DNA of 64,000 nt from Octopus bimaculoides. Taxonomy: Eukaryota. A program made the translations under genes and the position numbers. Below are positions 14,301 through 30,378 of this stretch, in pieces. Each line of letters begins with the position of its first letter. Positions within the stretch are counted from its first letter, which is position 1. Below the pieces are notes generated by a model. The model did not search any database, had not been told where the DNA came from, and saw only the letters and a list, made by a program, of their open reading frames with translations. The stretch spans positions 14,963,486 through 15,027,485 of the forward strand of contig NC_068990.1 in the NCBI RefSeq assembly GCF_001194135.2, written 5' to 3'.

Positions 14301-17300
14301 CAGATGAAGCAGTTTTCCAGTAAGAAGGTTTTGTATATCATGCAGCAAAATCCAATATCAGAGCTGTTGAAAGACCATAAAATAGATATTTTTTGATGGT
14401 TTGGAAACAGCCCTGAACTTAATGAGATATGGTCCAAAATCAAATATCTGTTTCCAAACTGAGCAACAGAACTCGATTCACTAAGCCAAATCTCAATGCC
14501 TGGTTTAGAGTCATACATCCTGGAGATTGAAGAAAATTATTGCTTCTATATCAAAAAGAACTGATGCACCAATCAAAGCATCATGTTATCCTACTAAATA
14601 TCATTAAAATTGCCATGTGCTTCAAGTAAATAAATTACTTCACCTCATGTAATGTTTCATATACCTCTCTTTTAGATAGATATACATATGTGTTTTAGTG
14701 AATCTAAATCTCAAACTGATCATACTCAGTTAAAGTACAACCTAAATTTTTGAAGCTGCATTTGTTAGAATAAAATATCATTTGAAGGAGATTAGATTAA
14801 AAAATTGGGTTAAAAAAAAATTTACAAAACCAACAAGCAACAAGTATATTGCCTGTTTACAAAATTTTCAACAGTTTAGCCAGATTTTATTTTGTCGTAT
14901 TTTTATTGTTTCTTCAAAATAATTTGTATAATCTGTTGAGTGAAGCAATCAGATAGAGCCTGATATGCTGTATCTCAGCACTAATTGAATCCAAATATAT
15001 TAAAAACTTGACAATAAGTGATGGAAAAACAGTTCATTATAAAAATATCTCTACCTCTTTCACTGTAGTAATATTTTATCATCAAAACCTACCTTATCTC
15101 TCATTCTGTTGTATATCTAGAATAATGCAAAGGATGACATTGTTAAAATTCCATTTGGTACAACATCAAACACTGTGAAAATCCACTTTAAAGCAGTCTC
15201 ACCAAATCACAGAATGCTGATCACAGTTTCTTTCAAAGGATGTTTTGAATCACAATGTAAATATGCATTGACTTCTCTACACTAAAATTCCTTGTCGTAA
15301 ATCTCATAATTCTTTACAATATTTACCTATCTGCTGACTATTTAATGTAAAACAATCATGATTATAAAACAAATTGTATTGAATTTTTAGAGATATTCTA
15401 ATCATTATGAATGATGATGAATGTTTGCTTAATCATTAATCATTTACTGATTATAATATTAGTTACCAAAATTTTAAAATAAATTTTTGAAATATATATT
15501 AACAATAAGAATTTTCAATTAAATATAATTTTACAAATTTTACAAAACTAAGAATATTACTTTTCTTATTGGAATAATATTATATGAAATAACAAGAACT
15601 TTATTTTAGTCTCATTCCTACTATTAAATACTTAACGTTTTTAGATTTTGTTTGCATATAATATAGTGTTGTGTTTGTATTTTACTCAAAAAGTAAATGA
15701 AAAAACAAAATTGTTTTTGTAGATAAACAATTTCCATAACTGTATATAATATTCAAACTCCAGAGATATAGTTGCAGCTATTTCTATAAATGAAAAGCTA
15801 TTCATGTGTTTTCATTCATTCCATCATTATCATCACATGTTTTTCTTTGTTCTCATAGCAACAACACCACTACCAACAACAACATTGCTTCCTACTTCTA
15901 CACCTCTAGCAACAAGTATGTGAAAGAATTCATTACTTATATAATTAAACTCATTAAAGTAACGGTTTATGTAACATTGTGAGTTGCTAAAATTGAAGAA
16001 GAATATTTTATGAAATAATGACTATGAATTTATGAACTGTTGATGATAGCATATCTAACCGTTTCCTTTCCATTCTAGCCACACCTATTCCAACAACAAC
16101 ACTGCAACCCACAACACAAACAGGTAAAGTCTTTCTTTTTTATATTATTACAATACTCTTGGAAATTGTAATAAAACTCTTAATAATAATGGTGTTTTGT
16201 CGATTGCATTTTATTCATTGATATTGCTTTTTAGAATCCTGGTGTGTATTTAGCGATGGTTTGGAAGATCCCTCATTAATAAGGGCCTGGAACATTAAAT
16301 TGTCAAGCAATGATGAAAATCCAGATGTTATTCGGCCTGGTTTTAAAGGCTGGAAACCTGCTGCAAGTGATAATAAGCGCACAGTAACAATGTTTGTTGG
16401 TGATGCTTTAAGATATGGTGCATCTATTCATCTCTTACGATCCAAAGGTGTTGCTAAATTTGATGTTATTCTCAGTGGTGGAGAGAATAAGAGATTTAAG
16501 GTGAGTTAGGCTAATATAGGCATTTTTATTCTTAAAGATATCATTATTACCTCCAATTAACTTAAAGTTGATAAAGCAATAATTTTCTTTATATCATACT
16601 CATAAATAGCACAGATCTCTGACATAATACTACTGTAACAATACGTTTTTAACTAAGCTGCTCTCATCTCCAATTTCCTTATGTACCCAGAATAATGCAA
16701 AGGATGACATTGTTAAAATTCCATTCGGTGCAACATCAAGCACAGTGAAAATCCATTTTAGAGCTGTTTCACCAAATCACAGAATGTCAATCACAGTATC
16801 TTTTAAAGGATGTTTCGAATCAGCATGTAAGTACGCATTGATTCAATACTCAAAAATATTTTGTCTAAATCTCAAAACCTTTTACAATATTTACTGACCT
16901 GTAGACTGCTTGATGTAAAAGAATAATGATTATAAAGTGAATTATGTAAAATATGATAATTAAATATGTAATTATTGTGCATAATCATTCATCATTTCAT
17001 GATGATAATATTAGTCATTTTTATAATTAATTATGGTTTTGGGTTCAGTGTCCCAATACTGAATCTTGAGTGTCTTCTGCTAAAGCCTCAAGCCAACCAA
17101 AGCCATGTGAGAGGATTTAATAAATGGAAAATAAAAGTTAGGAGCATATGTGTGTGCAAGCATGTGTGTGTGTTACATTGTCACGATGTCATATGACAGT
17201 TGTAAGTAAGCTTCATCATGCAAGTAGCATCATTAGTTTCCAGTCTTTCATGAAAACATATCCAGCCAAGCAGAATTAGCATCTTACTTTGAAACAGGAA

Positions 17301-19251
17301 ATGGTTAGCTACAGGAAGAGCATTCATTTATGGAAATTTTTTCTCAAAGGACTTCATTTGACCCAAAGAACTCCATTTGATCCATACAACATGGAAAAGT
17401 TGATATTAAAATGATAGCGATGATGATGATACGCTGTTGGTGTGATGTCGCTCTTTCAATTTAAAAAAAAGTATGTTAGTTATCATATCTTTTCTTTGTT
17501 CTTATAGCAACAACACCAGTTCCAACCACAACAATTCCTACAACCACACCTCTACTAACCAGTAAGTGAAAATATTAATTAATTAACATATATCAAGCTC
17601 AATTAAAAAAATGGTTTTATCTAATATTATTTTTGGTAAAAATTTAAAAACAATTTTTTATAAACTAATAAATGTATGTCTATGAACAATATATGATGAA
17701 TGATATATGATAATTTTTTTCATTTTCAATTCAGCAACACCTATTCCAACAACAACTCAACAAATAACAACACAAACAGGTAAAGTCTTTCTCATTCATA
17801 GAAACATTACTGTTCTTGGAAATTGTAATAATACTTATGGTAATAGTGGTGCTTTGCTGATTACATTTAAACTCATTGATATTGTTTTCTAGAATCTTGG
17901 TGTGTATTCAATGATGGTTTGGAAGATCCCTCGTTAATAAGAGCCTGGAACATTAAATTATCAAGCAATGATGAAAATCCAGATGTTATTCGCCCTGGTT
18001 TTAAAGGCTGGAAACCTGTTGCAAGTGATAACAAGCGCACAGTAACAATATTTGTTGGTGATGCTTTAAGATATGGTGCATCTATTCATCTCTTACGATC
18101 CAAAGGTGTTGCTAAATTTGACGTTATTCTAAGTGGTGGGGAGAATAAAAGATTTAAGGTGAGTTTAAATGAGTTTAATTTTATTCTGAAAATATTATCT
18201 CAGTTGAAGCAGATCCATTGATCATTGTATATTTTTATGAATTTAGATGTCGTATAAAACATGTCAGTGTTGGAAATTAATTTCACAGCCATTTAGGTTA
18301 GAGTTTGTTTCCACTGCACAGGACTGAGATCATGTATCATAATACAGTATGGACCTACACACACATCACCATCATCATCATCTTTTAAAGTCCACTTTCC
18401 ATGCTTGCATGGGTTGGGGTGTTTGACAGGAGATGACTTGGCAGAAGACTGCACCATGTTTCGCTGTCTGTGTTGGCCTGGTTTTCATGGCTGGATGCCT
18501 TTCCTAACACCAAATATGCTTCTTACATGGCATCAGCACTGGTATGGTCAGTTTTTGGCATGGTTTTCACAGCTGGATTCCCTTCCATATGCTAACTAAG
18601 TTACAGTGTGGACTAGATGCTTTTTACGTGGAATTAGCACTGGCAAGGCCACCAAGTAACTTGCAAGACAAAGATCCTTTGAGAGGGAAGGGGTAATTGG
18701 AGGAGGTGATCTTGTGTCATGTGATGACAGGTTAGAGTTTGACACTGAGACAGAAACAGTAGAGGGAGACAGCAAGAGAGAGTAGGAGAGAGAGAGAGAG
18801 GGTACCAAAGGGCCAGAGCATATTCACAAAGAACAGGGATCAGAATATAAATGAGATGGTAGAGTAGAGCAAGGGAGAGATAAATGGTGGCAAAGTACCA
18901 TGGCATACTGAGATCAGTACTCACCACTTCATCCCATGTCTCCCTGGCTCTGTTTCACAAGTGCCATCCCCTCTCAATGATCAGCACCTCTTTATACAGC
19001 TGTCTTCATTTATACACATCACATGTCCAGAACAACGCAGTCCCTCTTCTTGCAAGCTGCATTTGATTCTGCTTATGCTCAACCTTTCTCTCAACTCATT
19101 TACACTTTGTCCTACATACACACTGATGTTGCATATCCAGTGGAGCATACTATCTTCATTTTTATCAAGGTTATCTCGGTCTTCTACATCCAGAACCCAG
19201 GTGTCACTACCATGGAGTATAATCAATCATACACAACCATCATTCAATCTA

Positions 19252-19309
<58 letters not shown>

Positions 19310-21068
19310 GGAGTAAGCATATGAAATGTGCAACAAGGTGGAAAAAAGAGTACTCATACATACATATATACATACATATATACATACATATATACATGTA
19401 TCAGTTTCTTCACATATTTTTCTTCTAAACTGCTACCATTTCCAATTTCTTTTTGTATCTAGAATAATGCAAAGGATGATATTGTCAAAATTCCATTTGG
19501 TACAACATCAAACACAGTGAAAATACATTTTAGAGCTGTTTCACCAAATCGCAGAATGCTAATCACAGTATCTTTTAATGGATGCTTTGAATCAGGATGT
19601 AAGTATACATTGGTTCAATGCTAGAAATAATTTGTCATCTAAATTTTGTCGTTTGTTACAATATTTATTCATCTGTAGAATGTTCGCTGCGAAACGATAA
19701 TAATTATAAAAACGAAATATTTTTTATTAGGATTGTCATTTTTGTGCATAATCATTGATCATATGATAATTATAATATTTGTTATTTCTATACCTGATGT
19801 GTTGTTTATGTGTTTTCATTCTTTCTATTTGACCTAGCACCATTTATTATAATATTTCTTTTTTGTTTTTATAGCAACAACACTAGCTCCAACAACAATA
19901 ATTCCTACAACAACACCCCTATTAACAAGTAAGTGACGATATACATTAATTAACATACATTAAACTCATTTGTGAAAAACACTTTATTTAACATACATAA
20001 TTGTTTTTTAAATTGGACCACAATACATTATGAAATAATATATATATATTTATGAACTGTATATGATGGATGGTAAATGGAAATTTGTTTTATTTCATTT
20101 AAATTTTAGCCACACCTATTCCAACAACAACACAACAAATAACAACACAAACAGGTAAATTATTTTTCTTACATAGAAATATTACCTTTCTTGAAAATTC
20201 TTATAACTCTCATGAATATAATGGTCTTTTGTTGATTGCATTTTCTTTATTGATATTGCTTTTTAGAATCCTGGTGTGTATTTAGCGATGGTTTGGAAGA
20301 TCCCTCATTAATAAGGGCTTGGAACATTAAATTATCAAGCAATGATGAAAATCCAGATGTTATTCGGCCTGGTTTCAAAGGCTGGAAACCTGCTGCAAGT
20401 GATAACAAGCGCACAGTAACAATGTTTGTTGGTGATGCTTTAAGATATGGTGCATCGATTCATCTCTTACGATCCAAAGGTGTTGCTAAATTTGACGTTA
20501 TTCTAAGTGGTGGGGAGAATAAAAGATTTAAGGTGAGTTTTAATAAGTTTCATTTTGTTCTGAAGATATTATCTCATTTGAAACTGATTCATTGATCATT
20601 GTATATTTTTATGAATTCAGATGTCATTTTAAACATGTCTAAGTTGGAAATTAATTTCACAGCCATATAGGTTTTATTTTCTTTCCACCATATAAGATTG
20701 AGATAGTATATCATAATACNNNNNNNNNNCAATTTGAAAGGAGATGGCTTGGCAGAAGACTGCACCATGTTTCGCTCTCTGTTTTGACCTGGGCATTGGG
20801 CATATCACGTGATAAAATGAGAAGGTTGCAAAAAAGTATAAATCTGAGGTAGTGACAGATAGAGGGTGACTTATATCAGTGAAGGAGAGAACTGTGGTGT
20901 GAATGGAACAGTAATGTTATTAAAGCTGTCATATACACGTGACACTGCAAACATACTTTTGTAAATACATAGATACAACTCAGCAACAGACACATACACA
21001 CACACACACACACACACTCACACATACATACTCACATACGCAAGTGCGCACAAGCACACACACACTCA

Positions 21069-21133
<65 letters not shown>

Positions 21134-22271
21134 ACTTGGGGATGGTCATGTTGCCAGTTTAGCCAATAAAAACACACGCACTGTATATTTGGTGTTAATT
21201 TTTTTTTTTTTTTTTTTCAGCTTTATATTACATTAATCTTAATCTTAATCTTATTTCGGCCAGAGTTCTTTCGTCACACTTCTGTGACCTCATCAGTGGT
21301 CCTTTGTTTCCTTCTTTCTTATATGTGTCTCACCTTGCTAACTATCAGCCATTTTGTATTTTGTATTCCTATTGTATGTGTCTACGCATGCGTGCCCTTC
21401 AATGTGTCTGTGTCTTTTGTAAGTGCATGTGTGTATGGGGAGTGTCTGTATCACCTATATTCTCTCTCTATATATATAATTATATATAAACATACATAGA
21501 TATGTCTACTATACGCCATTTTAAACTCATGATTACCTGTGTGTACGTTTGTAAATTTGAAGGTGTGTGTGCGTAACGTCCTATAATTGTCTGCCTCTCT
21601 ATTTTTGTAGGCCTTCCCTGTGGTTGTCACATATTGTGAGATTTTAAAATTACATCAAAATTGTCAAATTTTGTATAGTGAAATAATTTTCCATGTTAAA
21701 TACGATTTTGCTATTTATTTGTTCCTAACAATCAGTTGAATTACAGGTGAATTGTATTTCAATAAAAATCTATAATGGGCCCCCTAGGGAGAGGGGCTGT
21801 AACACATGTTTACAAATCTGCTATGATAAGCTACAATACACAACAGTGCCAACTGCGACACACAGACTATTTGTCAATGTATTTGTAAATCTATCTATTT
21901 ATCTAATTTATTTTATTCTGATGCATATTCGCTTGTTAAAATAATATTAGGACATTCCTTATTCACCCACTAATCGTAATAATAGTTTGTAAAACCTATT
22001 GTTAGCAATGAACTATTAACATAAAGGTTAATAAAATATTTAATGGCCTAATTACACTGAAGTGATTTTAAAATTTATATATTGATATAGGATTGGGGAT
22101 AGGAATGGGAGCAGAACTAAAATGGGAATTGAACAGGGAAGGGGATAGGACATGAATGGGATAATGTAATGGGAATGGAAACTGGAAATAACACCAAATT
22201 TTCCATATGTTACCTGGTAATTCCGCTGGTATACATACATATATATATATATATATATGTGAAGAAAAATG

Positions 22272-22339
<68 letters not shown>

Positions 22340-23757
22340 TTATACCAATTTTTCTTCACATATTTTGTTGTAATAATACATATTCTTTTAAACTGCTACC
22401 ATTTCCAATTTCTTTTTGTATCTAGAATAATGCAAAGGATGATATTGTTAAAATTCCGTTTGGTACAACATCAAACACAGTGAAAATCCATTTTAGAGCC
22501 GGTTCACCAAATCGCAGAATGTTAATCACAGTATCTTTTAATGGATGCTTTGAATCAGGATGTAAGTATGCATTGATTCGATGCTAAACAATATTTTGTC
22601 ATCTAAATTTTGTGATTTTTTACAATATTTATTCATCTGTAGACTATTTACTGTGAAACGATAATGATTATAAAAACGAAATAGTTTTTATTAGGAATGT
22701 CATGTTTGTGCAAAATCATTGATCATATGATAATTATAATATTTGTTATTTCTATACCTGATGTGTTGTTTATGTGTTTTCATTCGTTCTATTTGACCTA
22801 GCACCATTTATTATAATATTTCTTTTTTGTTCTTATAGCAACAACACTAGCCCCAACAACAATAATTCCTACAACAACACCTCTATTAACAAGTAAGTGA
22901 CAATATACATTAATTAACATATATTAAACTCATTTGTGAAAAACACTTTACATAACATACATAATTGTTTTTTAAATTGGACCACAATACATTATGAAAT
23001 AANNNNNNNNNNATTGTTTTTTAAATTGGACCACAATACATTATGAAATAATATATATATATATTTATGAACTCTATATGATAGATGGTAAATGAAAATT
23101 TATTTTATTTCATTTAAATTTTAGCCACACCTATTCCTACAACAACACAACAAATAACAACACAAACAGGTAAATTATTTCTCTTACATAGAAATATTAA
23201 CATTCTTGGAAATTCTTATAACTCTCATGAATATAATGGTCTTTTGGTGATTGCATTTTCTTTATTGATATTGCTTTTTAGAATCCTGGTGTGTATTTAG
23301 CGATGGTTTGGAAGATCCCTCATTAATAAGGGCTTGGAACATTAAATTATCAAGCAATGATGAAAATTCAGATGTTATTCGGCCTGGTTTCAAAGGCTGG
23401 AAACCTGCTGCAAGTGATAATAAGCGCACAGTAACAATGTTTGTTGGTGATGCTTTAAGATATGGTGCATCTATTCATCTCTTACGATCCAAAGGTGTTG
23501 CTAAGTTTGACGTTATTCTAAGTGGTGGGGAGAATAAAAGATTTAAGGTGAGTTTTAATGAGATTAATTTTGTTCTGAAGATATTATCTCATTTGAAACT
23601 GATCCATTGATCATTGTATATTTTTATGAATTCAGATGCCATTTTAAACATGTCTATGTTGGAAATTAATTTCACAGCCTTATTGGTTTTATTTTCTTTC
23701 CACTGTATAAGACTGATATAGTATATCATAACACAGTATTGCACTACACACACATTC

Positions 23758-23805
<48 letters not shown>

Positions 23806-25642
23806 TTCATCATCATCATCTTTTAACATCCACTTTCCATGCTGTTATGGCCCTAGCAATTTGAAAGGAAATGGCTTGGCAGAAGACTGCACCATGTTTC
23901 GCCCTCTGTTTTGACCTGGGCATTGGGCATATCACGTGATAAAATGAGAAGGTTGCAAAAAAGTATAAATCTGAGGTAGTGACAGATAGAGGATGAGTTA
24001 TATCAGTGAAGGTGAGAACTGTGGTGTGAATGGAACAGTAATGTTAATAAAACCTGTCATATACACATGACGCTGCAAACATACTTTTGTAAATACACAG
24101 ATACAACACAGCAACAGACACACAGACACAAACACACACACACTCACACACACATACTCACATACGCAAGTGCACACAGGCACACACACACTCATGCATA
24201 TATATATGTATATCTTCCTCTGTTACTACTACATATCTCTCTTTACCCCTTTCATTCTTCCTTCTGTTACTACTATATCTGTCTCTTTCTCCCCTCGTAC
24301 TTCCATCTGTTACTACTATATTCCCCTCTTCCTCTCTTTCTCTCGTTGCCCACCTATTCCTCTACTTCCTCCCTTTGGTTCTCCCTCTACCACTCTCTCT
24401 CTCTCTCTCCCTTACCCCTGCATGGTCACATGCTTCCGGTCACTAATCCTTTTCTTCCTTGGCTATCGTCGGGCAAACACGCGAACTTACTTCGTCCCCA
24501 CTCTCAAGTTTGTGCCTCACAGCGTTCATATACACATAATTTTTCATATCTGGCCGCATAGCCTTTTCCGTTTGTTTTCCTGTCTTGTTTTCTTTTCCGT
24601 TTATTTTTCTGTCTTGTTTTTTGTCCACCACTACATTCCTCCATGGCACAGGTTTAATTTGTGTATACAAATTTAATTTGCGGTCCATGGGAAGAGCCGT
24701 TTTTATGATGCGTCCTGCCCGCCTCTTCGAAATGCCGGTGTTAAAACGGGGGTAGCTGATGAAGGAAAATTTTCTCTATGTGGCTTGTATGTTTTCTGTA
24801 CTCTGGTTATTATTATTTTCTTGTCTACGTTTTCTTTGCAATGTCCTGTACCCAGATATGCACCTATATATACAGGTAGACGTAGGTATGCACATACCTG
24901 TACGTATATATGCATAAACTCATTTATTATTCGTTTTTATATGAATATATATATATATACATGCATACAAATGTCTACTATACACCATTTTAAAGTTATG
25001 ATTACCTGTGTACGTTTGTAAATTTGTGTGTGTGTGCGTAATGTCCTATAATTGTCTGCCTCTCTACTTTTGTAGGCCTTCCCTGTGGTTGTCACATATT
25101 GTGAGATTTTAAAATTACGTCAAAATTGTCATATTTGGTATATTGAAATAATTTTCCATGTTAAATACGATATTGCTTTTTATTTGTTTCTAACATCCAG
25201 TTGAATTGGATTTCAATAAAAATTTGTTCCTAACATCCAGGTGAATTGGATTTCAATAAAAATTTATAATGGGCCCCCTAGGGAGGGGGGCTGTAACATG
25301 TTTCCAAATCTGCTATGATAAGCTACAATACACAACAGTGCCAGCTACGACACACAGACTATTTGTCAATGTATTTGTAAATCTATCTATTCATCTAATA
25401 AATTCTGATACATATTCGCTTGTTAAAATAATATTAGAACATTCCTTAAATCGTAATAATAGTTTGTAATACCTATTGTTAGCAATAAATTAACATATTT
25501 AATGGCCTAATTACACTGAAGTGATTTTAAAACTTATATATTGATGTAGGATTGGGGATAGGAATGGAAGCGGAATTAAAATGGGAATGGAAACTGGAAA
25601 TAACACCTGCTTTTCCAGGTGTTACCTGGTAATTCCACTGGT

Positions 25643-25703
<61 letters not shown>

Positions 25704-28700
25704 GACATATATATATATGCCAATTTTTCTTCACATATTTTGCTGTAATAATACATTTTCTTTTAAACTGTCACCATTTCCAATTTCTTTTTGTATCTAG
25801 AATAATGCAAAGGATGATATCGTTAAGATTCCATTTGGTACAACATCAAACACAGTGAAAATCCATTTTAGAGCCGGTTCACCAAATCGCAGAATGTTAA
25901 TCACAGTATCTTTTAATGGATGCTTTGAATCAGGATGTAAGTATGCATTGATTCAATGCTAAACAATATTTTGTCATCTAAATTTTGTGATTTTTACAAT
26001 ATTTATTCATCTGTAGACTGTTTACTGTGAAACGATAATGATTATAAAAACGAAATATATTTTATTAGGAATGTCATCTTTGTGCATAATCATTGATCAT
26101 ATGATAATTATAATATTTGTTATTTCTATACCTGATGTGTTGTTTATGTGTTTTCATTCTTTCTATTTGACCTAGCACCATTTATTATAATATTTCTTAT
26201 TTGTTCTTATAGCAACAACACTAGCTCCAACAACAATAATTCCTACAACAACACCCCTATTAACAAGTAAGTGACGATATACATTAATTAACATATATTA
26301 AACACATATTGTGAAAAACACTTTCTGTAACATACATAATTGTTTTTTAAATTGGACCACAATACATTATGAAATAATATATATATATTTATGAACTGTA
26401 TATGATAGATGGTAAATGAAAATTTGTTTTATTTCATTTAAATTTTAGCCACACCTATTCCTACAACAACACAACAAATAACAACACAAACAGGTAAATT
26501 ATTTCTCTTACATAGAAATATTAGCGTTCTTGAAAATTCTTATAACTCTCATGAATATAATGGTCTTTTGTTGATTGCATTTTCTTTATTGATATTGCTT
26601 TTTAGAATCCTGGTGTGTATTTAGCGATGGTTTGGAAGATCCCTCGTTAATAAGGGCCTGGAACATTAAATTGTCAAGCAATGATGAAAATCCAGATGTT
26701 ATTCGGCCTGGCTTCAAAGGCTGGAAACCTGCTGCAAGTGATAACAAGCGCACAGTAACATTGTTTGTTGGTGATGCTTTAAGATATGGTGCATCTATTC
26801 ATCTCTTACGATCCAAAGGTGTTGCTAAATTTGATGTTATTCTCAGTGGTGGGGAGAATAAGAGATTTAAGGTGAGTTTTAATGAACTCTACTTGTGAAA
26901 TTATACAATCTCAGGAAACACAATATTGATAAAGACTAATTTATTATTTATTATGGTGTATTTATATGAAACCAGATGTCATATTTGACATGGTTATGTT
27001 TGAAATTTACTTTGCAGTATCACAATTATGAATTTCTCTCTACTGCATGGCACTGAGGACATGTACTTTCCACTATTCTAATATATAAATATANNNNNNN
27101 NNNNNNNNNNNNNNNNNNNNNNNNNNNNNNNNNNNNNNNNNNNNNNNNNNNNNNNNNNNNNNNNNNNNNNNNNNNNNNNNNNNNNNNNNNNNNNNNNNNN
27201 NNNNNNNNNNNNNNNNNNNNNNNNNNNNNNNNNNNNNNNNNNNNNNNNNNNNNNNNNNNNNNNNNNNNNNNNNNNNNNNNNNNNNNNNNNNNNNNNNNNN
27301 NNNNNNNNNNNNNNNNNNNNNNNNNNNNNNNNNNNNNNNNNNNNNNNNNNNNNNNNNNNNNNNNNNNNNNNNNNNNNNNNNNNNNNNNNNNNNNNNNNNN
27401 NNNNNNNNNNNNNNNNNNNNNNNNNNNNNNNNNNNNNNNNNNNNNNNNNNNNNNNNNNNNNNNNNNNNNNNNNNNNNNNNNNNNNNNNNNNNNNNNNNNN
27501 NNNNNNNNNNNNNNNNNNNNNNNNNNNNNNNNNNNNNNNNNNNNNNNNNNNNNNNNNNNNNNNNNNNNNNNNNNNNNNNNNNNNNNNNNNNNNNNNNNNN
27601 NNNNNNNNNNNNNNNNNNNNNNNNNNNNNNNNNNNNNNNNNNNNNNNNNNNNNNNNNNNNNNNNNNNNNNNNNNNNNNNNNNNNNNNNNNNNNNNNNNNN
27701 NNNNNNNNNNNNNNNNNNNNNNNNNNNNNNNNNNNNNNNNNNNNNNNNNNNNNNNNNNNNNNNNNNNNNNNNNNNNNNNNNNNNNNNNNNNNNNNNNNNN
27801 NNNNNNNNNNNNNNNNNNNNNNNNNNNNNNNNNNNNNNNNNNNNNNNNNNNNNNNNNNNNNNNNNNNNNNNNNNNATCCGATGTCCACCCTCTCCATGTA
27901 ATTTTGTGTTAGATGAGATTTGTTAAGGTGGATTATTTATTTAATTATTTAATTCTGTGCTGCATCACGGAATTTTGTGAGCACGGAATTTTGTCAGTGA
28001 ACATGTCGCAGTCTCAAAGCGATGAAAATATTTTGGTGAATTAAATTTAAATGTTGAAGTGAATCTAACAGTTTTTGTGTGTTTCTTAAATGGCTTATAA
28101 ACACCTTCCCCACTGCAATTGTTTTCGTGCCAGCACACAATCTCAGATCAGGTCACTTGCTATGCAAGTACATCTCCGTAATTACTTTGTATCTCTGATA
28201 AAATTAACCTTTGTGTTTTGCTGGAATAACATGTTTATCGAGAGCTGCTTTATCTTTATTTTCCTTGTGCATCTAGAATAATGCAAAAGATGACATTGTT
28301 AAAATTCCATTTGGTACAACATCAAACACTGTGAAAATCCACTTTAAAGCTGTTTTACCAAATCGCAGAATGTTAATCACAGTATCTTTTGAAGGATGTT
28401 TTGAATCAGCATGTAAGTATACTTTGGTTCAATACTCGAAAATACTTTGTCTAAATTTCATAATTTTTTACAATATTTACTGACCTGTAACTGCTTGATG
28501 TAAAAGAATAATGATTATAAAATGAATTATGTAAAATATTGTAATAAATAATGTATTCGTTGTTCATAATCATTGATTATCTGATGATTATAATATCAGT
28601 TATTTCTATACCTGATGTGCTGCTTATGTGTCTTTATTCTTTCTATTTGACCTAGCACCATTTATTACATTTTTTCTTTGTTCTTATAGCAACAACACCA

Positions 28701-30328
28701 ATTCCAACAACGACAATTCCTACAACCACACCTCTGCTAACAAGTAAGTGAAAATATTCATTTATTAATATCGATACTGGTTTCAAATTTTGTCACAATG
28801 CCAACAATTTCAGGGAGTGGAGAAGTTAATTACATCGACCCCAGTGTTCAACTGGTACTTATTTTATTATCCCCAAAAGCTTGAAAGATAAAGTCAACCC
28901 CAGCAGCATTTGAACTCAGTATGTAAACTCAGAAGAAATGCAACTGATATTTTTTTCTAATATGGTAATGATTCTGCTGGCTCTCCATCTTAAAGCAAAT
29001 TTCTAGTAGCCAACATTTGCCAAAGGATATGAACCTGCATTGCAAGAATTATTATTGGTTTCAAATTTTGGCACAAGGCCAGCAACTTCAGGGTAGGGTT
29101 CAGTTGATTACATCGACCCTATTACTCAACTGACACTTCTTTTATCAACCCCAAAATGATGAGAGGTAAAGTTGACCTCAGCAGAATTTGAACTTAGAAC
29201 GTAAAGACAGATAAAATGCCACCAAGCATTTTACTTGACATGCGAACGATTCTGCCAGTTCGCTGTCTTATTATAGGAATTAATATTAATATGAATATTA
29301 ATATAATATTGATATCATTAATTAATTAAAATAATGGTTTACATAATATATATATAATTTTTGTTAATACATAGAAAGTATACTATATGAAATAATAGAT
29401 TAAATTTATGACCATTATATCATGGATGGTGTATAACATATTGTTTTGTCTAATTTCCATTTTAGCCACACCTATTCCAACAACAACGCAACAAATAACA
29501 ACACAAACAGGTAAAGTTCTTTTGATTTATGATAATCTAAACAACACCAGATATCATGTTGAGATTCATGTTCATAACAGTCATTCATTGATTGCATTTT
29601 ATTCATTGATATTGTTTTCTAGAATCCTGGTGTATATTCAATGATGGTTTGGAAGATCCCTCATTAATAAGGGCTTGGAACATTAAATTATCAAGCAATG
29701 ATGAAAATCCAGATGTTATTCGCCCTGGTTTCAAAGGCTGGAAACCTGCTGCAAGTGATAAGAAGCTCACAGTTACAATGTTTGTTGGTGATGCTTTAAG
29801 ATATGGTGCATCTATTCATCTCTTACGATCCAAAGGTGTTGCAAAGTTTGATGTTATTCTCAGTAGTGGAGAGAATAAGAGATTCAAAGTAAGTTTTAAT
29901 GAGTTTAATTTTATTCTGAAAATATATTATCACAGTAAACATTGAACTGAAATTCACCAGTTATTTGCAGTGTACTTCTATATATTTTGATAGCATATTA
30001 CACATCGCTGTGTATGAAATTTGCTCCGCAGTCATGTGGTTTTTATTTTGTTTCCATAGCATAAGAGGATGTGCATATGTCTTCTACCCTAACCTCGTGC
30101 TATATACCTGCTTATACACTCTGCTCTGAGTGACTGGTGTTAGGAAGGGCATCCAGCTGTAAAAACCATGCCAAACAAACATAAAAGTCTGGTGCAGTAT
30201 CCTGCGTGGCCAGCTCCTGTCAAACCACCAAACCCATGCCAGCATGTATGTATGTATGTATGTATGTATGTATGCATGTATGTATGTATGTATGTATGTA
30301 TGTATGCATGTATGCATGTATGTATGTC

Positions 30329-30378
<50 letters not shown>

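Noticed and set aside
14000-14600. Minus-strand ORFs (13964-14218, 14300-14518), possible LINE relic
   Set aside because: Only a faint IEFCCSVW resemblance to CR1/L2 sequences; too weak to call.
21503-21800. Helitron-like element starting TCTACTATA (also at ~24973)
   Set aside because: A GC hairpin is present but no CTRR 3' end follows it; the two copies come from unit duplication, so transposition is not shown.
22964-23051. 39-bp direct repeat flanking a 10-N gap
   Set aside because: Unmerged contig overlap; the sister units have a single copy.
24722-24775. Possible permuted hammerhead (GAAA-TGCCGGTGT...CTGATGA-A-GG)
   Set aside because: Core words are present but stems I and II do not pair convincingly.
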